From IMG/VR virus record IMGVR_UViG_3300020044_010179, positions 1 through 64,000 of that record: a DNA stretch of 64,000 nucleotides; one strand, written 5' to 3'. Under the pieces are notes generated by a model. The model ran no database searches. It had not been told where the DNA came from and was given only the letters and a program-made list of their open reading frames with translations. Numbering within the stretch: the first letter of the stretch is position 1; each line of letters opens with the position of its first letter. Positions 18,650-29,380 of the stretch are shown here, in pieces. This DNA is from a virus (taxonomy: Duplodnaviria; Caudoviricetes). A program made the position numbers and the translations under genes.

Positions 18650-19360
18650 ATGAAAATTACATTAATCTCTGATACACATTCAAAGTATAAGCAATTGGAT
18701 GGAGATCTACCTGGAGGCGAGATATTGATCCATGCCGGTGATTTCATGAACTCAGGTTATGTTAAAACAGAGGCAACTGAATTTTTTGATTGGTTTGATG
18801 CAATAGACAATTACGATACAAAAGTACTTATTGCAGGCAATCATGACCGAATCATGGAAAATGATCCTGAATGGGCTCAAGGTATCTTAACTGGATATAA
18901 AACAATTGAATATTTACAAGATGAAGATTTAACACTATACTATGACGGACACAATGGAGATTTTCCAGAAGACAATGTTCACATATATGGTTCACCTTGG
19001 CAACCTGCATTTTACAATTGGGCTTTCAATTTACCACGAAATAGTGAGGAAATGAAAGCAAAGTGGGATGCTATCCCAACTAACACAGATATCTTAATTA
19101 CACATGGGCCTCCATTTGGCTACCAAGATATACCAGGTGGACAGAGCATACGAGTTGGATGTGAAATGTTACGTTATCGAGTAGATGAACTCAAACCAAA
19201 AATTCATGTGTTTGGTCATATACATGGAGCAAATGGATATTACTTTAATGGACATACACATTTCTTTAATGCTTCTGTTTTAAACGAGCGATACAATTAT
19301 ACAAATAAACCATTTACTTTTGAATGGAATCAAGCAACAAATGAAATAAAATGGCTATGA
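18650..19360 (+). CDS. Calcineurin-like metallophosphoesterase (MPPED-like)
   Basis: SDTH, HAGD, AGNHD, THGPP and HVFGHIH. Confidence 0.9.
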   Translation: MKITLISDTHSKYKQLDGDLPGGEILIHAGDFMNSGYVKTEATEFFDWFDAIDNYDTKVLIAGNHDRIMENDPEWAQGILTGYKTIEYLQDEDLTLYYDGHNGDFPEDNVHIYGSPWQPAFYNWAFNLPRNSEEMKAKWDAIPTNTDILITHGPPFGYQDIPGGQSIRVGCEMLRYRVDELKPKIHVFGHIHGANGYYFNGHTHFFNASVLNERYNYTNKPFTFEWNQATNEIKWL

Positions 19361-19734
19361 AAATAAATCAAGATAAAGTACCATTAACATTAGATACTAG
19401 TGGTAATCTACACATGGATCAACTAGAAGATTTAGCAGAGCTACTAACCCAAGGTAAACCTAATTGGAAGCTCGTTAGAGAAGGAGATGGATTAACCAAA
19501 CATTCAGTAGACATATGTTGGATTGAGTGGAATGAAGACGGTACCTTTAAAGAAAAGCACGATACATTTGCGATTGGTCGTTCATTACTTATGTCACCAT
19601 TTAATCAATTTTTTACATGGCAAACAACTCCAATAACAAAGATTATTACTAGACGGCCGACTGCTGATATATTTTATGTTAAATTTGAAACAGAAAATAG
19701 TGTTTATAGATTAATTAAACTAAAAAATAATTAG
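19351..19734 (+). CDS. Hypothetical protein
   Basis: 127-aa ORF with coupled start. Confidence 0.55.
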   Translation: MAMKINQDKVPLTLDTSGNLHMDQLEDLAELLTQGKPNWKLVREGDGLTKHSVDICWIEWNEDGTFKEKHDTFAIGRSLLMSPFNQFFTWQTTPITKIITRRPTADIFYVKFETENSVYRLIKLKNN

Positions 19735-19739
19735 AAAAT

Positions 19740-19979
19740 ATGGGAAAAATAATATTGGAGTTTGACTCTATTGAAGAACAAGATGATGCAAGAATGGCAT
19801 TAGATGGTATTAAATGGAAAGTAGCTATGTGGGAATTAGACCAATTACTTCGAAGTGTAACAAAATATGGTACTTTTGATGGTAGAGAAGCTACAGCAGC
19901 AGAACAAGACATGGCTTTTAAAGTAAGAGACTCTATCAGAGATATATTAAATGAATCCAATTTAAACTTAGATGATTAA
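19740..19979 (+). CDS. Hypothetical protein
   Basis: 79-aa ORF in the operon. Confidence 0.55.
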   Translation: MGKIILEFDSIEEQDDARMALDGIKWKVAMWELDQLLRSVTKYGTFDGREATAAEQDMAFKVRDSIRDILNESNLNLDD

Positions 19980-20184
19980 ATAGTTATGAACAAATGGTAT
20001 AATTATGGGAAGTGGAGACATCCTGAAAAACGTAAAGAACTAATGAAAAATATGAATAAAGAACAAGCAAAAGACGAGTTAATCAAAGTATTGTACTCTC
20101 AAGTAGTAGATCTAACCATGATGTCCAAAATTGAATTGGGAGATGATGTGATAGCAGAAATTAAACGACTAAACGAGATTATCA

Positions 20185-21243
20185 ATGGATAACCTAGATA
20201 AACAATATATAGCTTTACTCCAAGATATATTAGATTACGGAGTTGAAAAACAAGACCGAACAGGTACAGGAACTAAAAGTATTTTTGGTTATACCATTCG
20301 TCATAATATGAAAGATGGTTTTCCATTGCTTACAACTAAGAAGATGCCATTCAGACTTATCGCAACAGAATTACTATGGTTCCTTCGTGGTGATACAAAC
20401 ATTAAGTTCCTGGTTGACAATAATTGTCATATTTGGGATGGTGATGCTTATAAGAATTATAAATTAAAACATAATTTTCAAATTAACCAAGGTATTGAGA
20501 TTTTATCACAAGAAGAATTCATCAACAAAATCAAAACAGATGATGAGTTTGCTAAGAAGTGGGGTGAATTAGGACCAATTTATGGTAAGCAATGGAGAGA
20601 TTGGGGAAGTAAAAAAAGATACGGTGACTATGAACCCCCAATGTATGGTGGTATAGACCAAATCGCAAACCTAATCAACGACCTTAAAACAAACCCAGAC
20701 TCAAGACGATTAATGGTTTCAGCTTGGAATGTAGGTGAATTGGACCAAATGGTTCTTCCACCTTGTCATTATGAATTTCAAGTTTATACAAGAGAGTTGA
20801 GTTTGGAAGAAAGATATGTAATGTATATTAAAAAATTAGACCATACTATGGTTCCATTAGATATTAAAGTTCCTAATATTCATCAATATTTTACTGAACA
20901 TAATATACCAACCAGAGCAATCTCTTTAATGTGGAATCAACGCTCAGCAGATACATTCTTAGGTTTACCATTCAATATCGCATCTTATGGACTACTACTT
21001 GAAATCATTGCTAAAGCAGTTAATATGGTACCCGATGAATTGATTGGTAATTTAGGTGATACACATTTGTATTTGGATCACATGGAACAAGCAAAAGAAC
21101 AGATTGGTAGAACATCATTTGAATTACCAACAGTAAAATTATCTGATAGAATTGTTAATGATATTTCGGAATATACTTTGGATGATATTATTTTAGAAAA
21201 CTATCAAGCACACCCACATATTAAAGCACAATTATCAAATTAA
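20185..21243 (+). CDS. thyA: Thymidylate synthase
   Basis: DRTGTGT, ELLWFLRG, GPIYGKQWR, SRRLMVSAWN, LPPCH, QRSADTFLGLPFN and GDTHLY. Confidence 0.97.
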   Translation: MDNLDKQYIALLQDILDYGVEKQDRTGTGTKSIFGYTIRHNMKDGFPLLTTKKMPFRLIATELLWFLRGDTNIKFLVDNNCHIWDGDAYKNYKLKHNFQINQGIEILSQEEFINKIKTDDEFAKKWGELGPIYGKQWRDWGSKKRYGDYEPPMYGGIDQIANLINDLKTNPDSRRLMVSAWNVGELDQMVLPPCHYEFQVYTRELSLEERYVMYIKKLDHTMVPLDIKVPNIHQYFTEHNIPTRAISLMWNQRSADTFLGLPFNIASYGLLLEIIAKAVNMVPDELIGNLGDTHLYLDHMEQAKEQIGRTSFELPTVKLSDRIVNDISEYTLDDIILENYQAHPHIKAQLSN

Positions 21244-21354
21244 AATTTATAAAAACAATGAAAAATATGAATAAAACAATATATCACTCAATCTTACATT
21301 TACTAGCGGGAATTACAATAGGTTATTTAATGTTTTCATAAAATTTAAAACAAT

Positions 21355-22317
21355 ATGTTTCAAGATACTAAAGGAAGACTACCTGAAAAGAAAATAGTAA
21401 CAGTAGTTGTTTATAGAAAACCTACTGGAAAAAAATATTATCTATTAACAACGGAAGATTCAATAATTACTATATTGAATCCATCTAAACGTAAACCTCT
21501 TTTACCCGATAATTTTGAAATAATTGATATAGGAATGGGAGAATCGTACATTGAAAAATATAAAAAATTATACAAAATAAAATGAAACCAGTATACATGC
21601 ATGGAGAAAACGCCTACATTATTGTAGGGCAAAAACCTGTTAATCATTTTGCTAAAACATTTGGAGACCACCCCAATATGGAGTATGTTCAAATGTATAT
21701 GAATTGGTTAAAATGTGATCACGTGTTGAACAATCAAACACATTTTCTGTTTTGTGAAACAATAAAAGAAGCTGAATTAATAGAGGAAAATTAAAAATAT
21801 GATATCACCACAATCAATCCGAAAAGGAGTTACAATTAAATTTGACAATGTAGAAGTAGATAAAGCTACTATCATTAAAGCAAGTGAAGAATGGAAGGAA
21901 AGCCATGAAATTCTATTTAAAAAACTACTTAAACAAGGTGGTTCATTTAAAATCAACGGTGTTTTAGTTGAAGTTAAACCTACAGACAAAATGTTAACAT
22001 CTCGTGGTGAACAAGATGGTGGTGTGATTCAAGTTGATGCTTTTGCAAGATTTTAAGGACTAGATTTCTTAAAATATCTTTCGTATATTCCCATTAAATA
22101 AAAGGGAATGAAATCAATATTAAATAAAAAATTAAGAGGCAAACCTGAACCGGAATTCATTATATTAAATGAACACGCTCAGGTTTACTGTGGCTTAAAA
22201 GGCGGCTATCCTCAATTTACCGATGACTTTAATGAAGCTAGATCCATTGAAAGAGATGAACAGCTAAAAACGATTCAACGAGGGACTTTATTTAAATTAG
22301 AAAAAATACTTTTATAG
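21355..22317 (+). CDS. Four small hypothetical ORFs (21355-21585, 21582-21794, 21799-22056, 22108-22317)
   Basis: Consecutive co-oriented ORFs with tight spacing; no motifs recognised. Confidence 0.55.
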
Positions 22318-22379
22318 AGGGAATAAGAGATTTGAAAAGGAATTCGTATATTATAGTATAAATTTAAAAAAAGAAAGAT

Positions 22380-22553
22380 ATGTTTTGGTTTTTATTCGTG
22401 ATCGTGTTATTATTTATTGGGTTTCTTTACAACGCTTTAGAATACCTACAGAAAATGTTTGAAGAGCTACGTGAACCAGATACTAGACATATAGGAGTTG
22501 GTAGATTGATTTCTGTTGTAATTGTATTCATAGCATTAGCAATGATTTTTTAA
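22380..22553 (+). CDS. Small two-TM membrane protein (57 aa, not in the ORF track)
   Basis: MFWFLFVIVLLFIGFLY...LISVVIVFIALAMIF, behind its own cassette. Confidence 0.55.
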   Translation: MFWFLFVIVLLFIGFLYNALEYLQKMFEELREPDTRHIGVGRLISVVIVFIALAMIF

Positions 22554-22619
22554 ATAAAGGAATAAGAGATATAAAATAGAATTCGTATATTGAAGTATAA
22601 ATTAAAAAAAGAAAAAGTT

Positions 22620-23429
22620 ATGAAAATTCAAAAAAGAGAAATGAAAACAGAGCGCAGAGGTCGTCCAAAAAAACAAGTTGAAATTGCAACATTCGATTCA
22701 ACTCAAGTAAAATTACTTAGAGGTAATGATTTATCATTTAATGAATCATTGTTTGTTCCTTTAAAAACGAATACTGAAATTGATTTAATTTTATCTACTG
22801 ATGGTGGATTAATGCCAGGCATAAGCATAATGATTGCAGGAGGGCCAGGTTCAGGTAAATCAACGTTAGTGTTAGATATGTTATCTAAATTTACAATGCA
22901 AGGTTTAAAATGTTTGCTAGTACAAGGCGAAATGGATCAGATAGGTCATTACAAATACTGTCGAAGAATGCCTTCATTTGGTTGTATTCAAACATTGTTT
23001 TTAAAAGATCATATGGATGATATCAAAGAAACAGTTGAACATGTATTTAATTTAGGATACGATGTAATAGGAATTGATTCAATTGCTGAAATTTTAGATA
23101 TGTATAAAGATCAAAACGGAGGTACATCAAAACAAGCTGAATCTTGGTTTTTGAAGTTACAAGATGAAACGAAAAAAGGCGGTAACGCACAAGGATATTA
23201 TACATCGTTCATCAACATCCAACAAATGACTAAATCAGATGAATTTGCAGGATCAAACCGATTAAAACACATGATGGAAGCATTTTGCAAAGTTGAACGT
23301 AGTAAAGATGGATTAGAGCGTTCATTGCACTTTGAAAAGAATCGTGATTGCGACAAGGATTTTAAAGTGTTTTTTTCAATATATAAGGAAGGAGTACATT
23401 ACTCGTTTGAACTAGAAAAAGAAGATTAA
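22620..23429 (+). CDS. RecA-fold ATPase (RadA/Sms-like) with N-terminal AT-hook-like motif
   Basis: Walker A GGPGSGKST, Walker B IGIDS, GSNRLKHM resembling RadA GPxxLEH, and N-terminal RRGRPKK. Confidence 0.7.
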   Translation: MKIQKREMKTERRGRPKKQVEIATFDSTQVKLLRGNDLSFNESLFVPLKTNTEIDLILSTDGGLMPGISIMIAGGPGSGKSTLVLDMLSKFTMQGLKCLLVQGEMDQIGHYKYCRRMPSFGCIQTLFLKDHMDDIKETVEHVFNLGYDVIGIDSIAEILDMYKDQNGGTSKQAESWFLKLQDETKKGGNAQGYYTSFINIQQMTKSDEFAGSNRLKHMMEAFCKVERSKDGLERSLHFEKNRDCDKDFKVFFSIYKEGVHYSFELEKED

Positions 23430-23619
23430 TCAAGGAATAGGGAGAGCAATCTCCCTTTCGTATATTCAATTAAATAAAAAAGGAAAACTATGAGCTGTTC
23501 AGGAGGAAAATCAACTAAAAAAGGCGGTTACAATAAAGCAGATAATTTAAAAAAACCAACCGGATACACCGTTGATAAAAAAGGAAATGTTAAACCAAAA
23601 TACAATTAAATAAAAAACT

Positions 23620-24363
23620 ATGAAATACAAATTTATTCCAGTCGATAACGACTTAAACAAAGCAATTGCATTTGCTAATTCGCTTGATCAAAACAATGTT
23701 ATTAATGTTCAAAAAATTAAACAAAAGGAATTTTATATTCCAACACTAGATGTAATTACAAAATTACAAGATAGTGGATGGCATTTAAAAGGCGTTGCTG
23801 AACAAAGAGGAAAAAATAGGAAAATATCAAATAACTTTATTCAACTACAACATCCTGATTTTGCAATACAAAACAGTCAAGGTAAAAACGAAGCATTTAC
23901 TTCAATTACACTATCAAATAGTTGTAACGGATCATCTCCACTACAAATGGATTTAGGAACGTATCGTTTAGTATGCAGCAATGGAGCAATTGCGTTTGAC
24001 GGATTTGAACAAAATAAAATTAAACATACTGAAGTTAATTATAGAGATTTAGATCGTTTAGTTGCATCAATGAATGTTAGAGCAAGTAAATTATTAACTG
24101 ATGTAAATGAAATGAAACATACAGGACTATCAATTGAAGATATGCGAAAATTAGCTCGCAACGCAGCTAGTTTAAGATATAGTAATTTAGATGAAATAAA
24201 CATTGATGATTTATTTGCAGTTAGTAGAGTAGAGGATGAAAGTAATGATTTATGGACTGTATTCAACAGAATTCAAGAAAACCTAACACATGATATTACA
24301 AACATGAAGGAAGATATCAAATTGAATCAACAACTGTTTGCATTAGCTGAAACATTTGCTTAA
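23620..24363 (+). CDS. DUF932/DUF945-family protein, paralog 1
   Basis: IPTLDVITKL, LSNSCNGS, GTYRLVCSNG and DLWTVFNRIQE. Confidence 0.75.
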   Translation: MKYKFIPVDNDLNKAIAFANSLDQNNVINVQKIKQKEFYIPTLDVITKLQDSGWHLKGVAEQRGKNRKISNNFIQLQHPDFAIQNSQGKNEAFTSITLSNSCNGSSPLQMDLGTYRLVCSNGAIAFDGFEQNKIKHTEVNYRDLDRLVASMNVRASKLLTDVNEMKHTGLSIEDMRKLARNAASLRYSNLDEINIDDLFAVSRVEDESNDLWTVFNRIQENLTHDITNMKEDIKLNQQLFALAETFA

Positions 24364-24417
24364 GGAATATTTTATGTAAAAAAGTTTTCGTATATTGAAG
24401 TATATAAAAAGAGAAAT

Positions 24418-24609
24418 ATGAATTTACATCCAGTTATACAAGAAAGCCAATTACCACAGGAAACTAAAGAATTCCTCCAATATCTATTGGAGGATGAATT
24501 TAACAGTGATTTTAATTTATTGCTAGAAAACATGATGGAACATGCTGTGGGTGATGAAGAATATGAATTAGCAGCAGAAATTAGAGATTATTTAAAAAAA
24601 TACAAATGA
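24418..24609 (+). CDS. Small UVR-domain-like protein
   Basis: AVGDEEYELAAEIRD matches the UvrB/C motif. Confidence 0.6.
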   Translation: MNLHPVIQESQLPQETKEFLQYLLEDEFNSDFNLLLENMMEHAVGDEEYELAAEIRDYLKKYK

Positions 24610-25250
24610 CAGAAAAAGAAATACAATTACTCGGTTTTAAACGAGAAGATATGAATGATGGAGATTATTCTGGATATTACTATGCCTATAGAATAGCAAA
24701 TGGATTTGAATTCCTATCAAATGCAAACGATGAAATAGGAGAAGGTGAGGAATGGTTTGTTGAATTTTTTAATTCAGACCCACAGATCCGTTTCGATGAA
24801 TTTGGTGAAGTGCAAACATTGATTAATTTGATTGAAAAAAAAGTAGTAAAAAGGGAAGTGAAGGTATAAAATAAATTTCGTATATTAAAGTAAATAAAAG
24901 AAAAAATAAAAGTTATGGCTAAGAAAGAGAAAAATGTGATTGAAAGAAAGTTTATGAATATCAAAACGAAGTTTAAATCGGGTGATTTTGATATAGTGGA
25001 AATGGATGGTTTAACGTGTGATTTAATCGCTCATTTAGCCCAACTAACATTAAACGGAGTAACTGAAGTTGAAGGTGTTCCAATTGATCTATACAAAGAT
25101 AGAACTTGGTGGATTGTAGAAAACATTGGACTATTGCCTGAATATAGAGGACCTAAAGATGAAGAAGAAGAGGGTGAAATTGTAGATGATTACTACTCAA
25201 ATGACGATGAAATTGAAGTAGAAATAGACGACAGCAAATTTTACCGGTAA
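24606..25250 (+). CDS. Two acidic hypothetical proteins (24606-24869, 24915-25250)
   Basis: Co-oriented ORFs; the second has its own promoter cassette. Confidence 0.55.
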
Positions 25251-25359
25251 ATTAATTTTAAAAGTAATGTACAGGAAATTAGGAGATTTAAAAAAGTTTT
25301 CGTATATTATAGTATAAGAAAAAGGATAAATAAGTTATAAATTAAAAAAAGAAAAAGTT

Positions 25360-26172
25360 ATGTTAGATTTAAGCAATCAAGAGTTTTTAAGTACAGAAGA
25401 AATTAAGCAACGCGCTTCATCAATCTTCTCAACAACAGCAGCACCTACGGTGTCCGACAAGTTCACGCACATTCCAACGTTTAAAGTAATTGAGGATATG
25501 GCAAAATTAGGTTGGGATGTAGTAGATGCTAAACAAGTTAAAGCACGTAAAGAGGAAACACGTGGTTTCCAAAAACACCTAGTAGTATTTCGTAACAACG
25601 ATGTAGTAATTAATGGAGCAGACGGAGATACAGTTTTTCCACAAATCCTATTAACAAATTCCAACGATGGAAAAAATGCATTTACATTCACAGCAGGTTT
25701 GTTTCGAATGGTATGTGAAAATGGTTTAGTTATTTCAACTGAGCAATTCAATGATGTTAAAATGCGTCACATGGGATACACGTTTGAGGAATTGCAAGGT
25801 CAAATCAAAGAGATGGTTGAATTGTTACCATTAACTGTTGAATCAATGAATAAAATGAAAGCAATTGAATTGAACGAAGATCAAACCAAAGCATTAGCTA
25901 AAAAAGCATTATCAACACGTTTCACAGAAGAGCAAGTTGAAGCATTTAAAATTGATATTGACAAATTACTAGAGCCAACACGACCTGAGGATAAAGGAAA
26001 CGATTTATGGTCAGTGTTTAACGTAATACAAGAAAAAATATTAGATGGTGATTTCACATACATAACAGGTGCTAAATCAAGAAAAGCACGTAAAGTGAAA
26101 AATTTCAAACAAGATATGGAAATTAACCAAAAATTATTTGCAATGGCCGCTGAATATACAGTTGCGGCCTAA
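25360..26172 (+). CDS. DUF932/DUF945-family protein, paralog 2
   Basis: HIPTFKVIE, LTNSNDGKN, GLFRMVCENGL and DLWSVFNVIQE. Confidence 0.8.
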   Translation: MLDLSNQEFLSTEEIKQRASSIFSTTAAPTVSDKFTHIPTFKVIEDMAKLGWDVVDAKQVKARKEETRGFQKHLVVFRNNDVVINGADGDTVFPQILLTNSNDGKNAFTFTAGLFRMVCENGLVISTEQFNDVKMRHMGYTFEELQGQIKEMVELLPLTVESMNKMKAIELNEDQTKALAKKALSTRFTEEQVEAFKIDIDKLLEPTRPEDKGNDLWSVFNVIQEKILDGDFTYITGAKSRKARKVKNFKQDMEINQKLFAMAAEYTVAA

Positions 26173-26181
26173 GCAACACAA

Positions 26182-26260
26182 AAGTAGATGACCATGAATA
26201 TGAAACCAAATAAACTAAAAGCGCCCACAGTGGTACATGGATCAGGCGCTTTATCTACTT
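26182..26260 (+). ncRNA. Candidate pseudoknotted RNA element
   Basis: AAGTAGAT/ATCTACTT encloses the crossed helices GACCATG/CATGG(A)TC and AAAGCGCC/GGCGCTTT. Confidence 0.55.
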
Positions 26261-26263
26261 GTT

Positions 26264-26336
26264 AGTCAGGTGTACTTAAATGGAAAAGTACCTAACGCTT
26301 AATTAGGAAATGCAGGTTCGATTCCTGTCCTGACTA
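26264..26336 (+). tRNA. tRNA-Lys(CUU)-like, non-canonical
   Basis: AGTCAGG/CCTGACT acceptor, CCTAA-CGCTTAA-TTAGG arm (G33 instead of U33) and GCAGG-TTCGATT-CCTGT. Confidence 0.65.
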
Positions 26337-26365
26337 CAAAACTGCTTCATAACCAGTTTTCTTTC

Positions 26366-26395
26366 CCCACCTGATGCGGGTTCGGTGGGTTTTTT
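26366..26395 (+). terminator. Intrinsic terminator
   Basis: CCCACC...GGTGGG stem followed by TTTTTT. Confidence 0.7.
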
Positions 26396-26452
26396 AAATA
26401 AAGGAATAGTTGAAGCAAAAGAAATTTCGTATATTATAGTATAAAAAGGAAA

Positions 26453-27145
26453 ATGAAAGAAAATAAAAGTTTAGAATTAGGTACAATTTTATTTTTAATA
26501 TTTTTAGTATTAAAATTAACAAACAACATTAGTTGGTCGTGGTGGTGGGTAACAGCCCCATTATGGATTCCAATTGCATCCATTATTTTAATAGTGGGGA
26601 TTGCAGTATTAATTGGATTATTTTTTTACTTAAAAAAATGAATAACGTAACACCGAGAGTCAGAATACACAAAAATATCAATGAACTAATTGGACGTATA
26701 GCAAATAGTAATTGCTTTTCTACAATGAGAGGAAAATTCATTTATATTAAAGACGATCGATGTTATTTTGAAATGGTAGCAAACGATGTTTACCCAAAAT
26801 ATAATTATTGTGCTGGTAAAATAGAGTATTTACTTGATCACATGGTAGCAACAATGAAATTTGAAGAAGATGAAAGCATTTAACGCAGAAAATGATAAAG
26901 AATTTGGAATAGAAAGATTTTCAATGAAATTTGGCAATGGAAATGCTATTTCTGTTGTATTTGGAAAAGGAACATATTCCGATCAAGGAGAGACAACAGC
27001 TGAAGTAGCAGCTTGGAATAGTAAGGGTGATTGGATGTTATTTCAAAATGAAAAATGGATTACACTAGAGCAAGACCACGACGTTATGCCCAGATGCACA
27101 CCTGGGGAAGTTGCTGAAATGATATTTACTTTAAGTAAACTTTAG
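26453..27145 (+). CDS. Three small ORFs: two-TM protein 26453-26641, 26638-26883 and 26861-27145
   Basis: Coupled starts and stops behind the cassette at 26426; WSWWWV TM motif in the first. Confidence 0.6.
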
Positions 27146-27208
27146 TGAAGGACAAGGATTATTGAAAGAGAATTCGTATATTATAGTATAAATAAAAAAA
27201 TAAAGGTT

Positions 27209-27970
27209 ATGAAAGACACAGAAAATTTTAAAGATCCGAATCAATTGGATCTATTTGCAGGCATTGTATTAACTGTAGAACAGCAAAGTCAAGTTAATCG
27301 CAATATTGATAACATAAACCAAAGTACTAATTGGCAAAGAAATAAAGTACAACAAATTGAACAGTTGCTTGTTGAAGCAGGTTTTAAAAAGGGAATTGAT
27401 TTCGAAAACACATTCAAATCATCCCTAGAAACAAGAAATATTAAAATAGGATACGGAAGTGGACAATTTGAAACAGAGGTTACAGCTGAATTTCATTCAG
27501 GTGATGTTGTGTTGAAAGGTTTAAGATTTTTTGATGGTAAATTAACAAATACTACATTTAATATTGATATTGATAACGATAAAGTTCAATGCTATACAGT
27601 TCAAGGTCACTCTCGTTATATTAAACCTAAAACATTACTTGAAAAACTTAATCAACACAATGAATGTCAAAAAGATCGTTTAAAAGATTTTCAAAATAAA
27701 ACAAATTTAAAACAAATTATAGTTGAAAAATATACCAAACTATACCCAAATGCTACAATAACAGTTAAAAGTGATTGGACAAAATATAGCGGCTCGTTTG
27801 AAGTTATTGAAGTTAAATTTGAATCAGGAAGTTACATTCAGTTTAGATTAGATACATACAACAATAAAGAATATATATACAAGAAACACGATGCTGAGTT
27901 TGATAATTTAAATTCAGAGGAATTGTTAAATAGATTTTCAAAACAAATAAAAAAGGAAGCTCTCAATTAA
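27209..27970 (+). CDS. Hypothetical early protein
   Basis: 253-aa ORF behind a cassette. Confidence 0.65.
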   Translation: MKDTENFKDPNQLDLFAGIVLTVEQQSQVNRNIDNINQSTNWQRNKVQQIEQLLVEAGFKKGIDFENTFKSSLETRNIKIGYGSGQFETEVTAEFHSGDVVLKGLRFFDGKLTNTTFNIDIDNDKVQCYTVQGHSRYIKPKTLLEKLNQHNECQKDRLKDFQNKTNLKQIIVEKYTKLYPNATITVKSDWTKYSGSFEVIEVKFESGSYIQFRLDTYNNKEYIYKKHDAEFDNLNSEELLNRFSKQIKKEALN

Positions 27971-28423
27971 GAGAGCTTTCGTATATTACAGTAAATAAAA
28001 AAGAAAGTTATGAAAGAAAATAGATTATCAAACAACAATTATGGGGTATTTTGTATTGCCGCTCAATTAGAACAAAACAATAGAGAATTAGATGTTTTAT
28101 GGGACAAAGCACTTAAACTGTATGATGAATTTCAAAATAGTAAATTTAATAATCCCGAAGAATCGGAATTGGAATGTATCAATGAATTTTTAAATAAAAA
28201 ATAAAGAAATGACAGAATTTGAAGAAAACAATCCAGAACAGTTAAAATTATTTTTAACCAAGTTAAATGAATTAGTAGATGAATTCCCCCCAAACATTTA
28301 TTTGTTAAATGGTGTATCAAGAGGATTTCAAACCATTGCAATTGCTATTTTAGATGAATTAAATAAGGACAAAGAAATTTAAAAAAGATTTCGTATATTA
28401 ATCGTATAAAAAGAAAAAAAGTT

Positions 28424-29269
28424 ATGAAAAAAAAGAATTTATTTCAAGCAGTAAAAACATTTGTCAATGACACACCAAGAGGTGAAACATTTACAACAAA
28501 AGAATTAATTGCAAGTGTAGGTAATCAAGAAGATTCAACACAGTGGAAAAGATGGAATAATAATCCAAATTATAGAACACACACATACAAGGCCTATTTA
28601 AAACGAACCGGATTTTTATCTAATCCAAAATATGGTGTATGGGAAGTTAAAAAACACATACCTGGTTTTGTTAATTTAGGTACAATTGAGTTTTTGGTTG
28701 GATATAAAAATTATAAGAATAAATACAATGGCTTAACTGAACAGCAAATAAAAGATAAAATAGAGGAATTCAATAAAAAACGAAATTGTGTTTGTGGAGA
28801 GTGTATTGGCTACATTGATGGAGAAACAACACAACAATTACTAGAGAATATTGGAATGGAAGGTCAAATGTTACGTCAATTAATTATGTCTCAGCCAATA
28901 AATGAAGTAAAATATTTAATAGAGGAACGAGAAGATTTAGAAAAAGTTCGTATATTGAATGAAATAAAAAAAGAAAAAGTTATGAAATTTGATTTTGAAA
29001 AAGGTAAACAGGAATTATTAGAATATTTTGAAATGGAATATTCACAAGCAACAATGTATTCACTAGATTATATTAAGTCATGTGATGATATGGATGATGT
29101 TGAAAGTGAAGTAAAATCGTTCAATTCCTTTAAGGAAGAACATAGTAAAAGGTTTACAAGAATCAATCGTGCCTCAACACTATCGTTAATATTTGAAGCG
29201 TTAGATGATACTAGTTTAGAGGATGACGATGAAAGAATTTTATCATTTTTTATTGAAGGACTACAATGA
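28424..29269 (+). CDS. Hypothetical protein; reads in frame through an internal cassette, with a second start at 28981
   Basis: Internal TTCGTATATT at 28947 and AAAAAGTT-ATG at 28981. Confidence 0.6.
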   Translation: MKKKNLFQAVKTFVNDTPRGETFTTKELIASVGNQEDSTQWKRWNNNPNYRTHTYKAYLKRTGFLSNPKYGVWEVKKHIPGFVNLGTIEFLVGYKNYKNKYNGLTEQQIKDKIEEFNKKRNCVCGECIGYIDGETTQQLLENIGMEGQMLRQLIMSQPINEVKYLIEEREDLEKVRILNEIKKEKVMKFDFEKGKQELLEYFEMEYSQATMYSLDYIKSCDDMDDVESEVKSFNSFKEEHSKRFTRINRASTLSLIFEALDDTSLEDDDERILSFFIEGLQ

Positions 29270-29380
29270 GAAAGTCAGCTAAACAACAAGTAGAGGAAAT
29301 CGAAATGGCAAGATTTGAAATGTATATGACATTGTTCTTGCTCAATTTAGGAATAGAAACAACAAATTAAATAAAATAAA

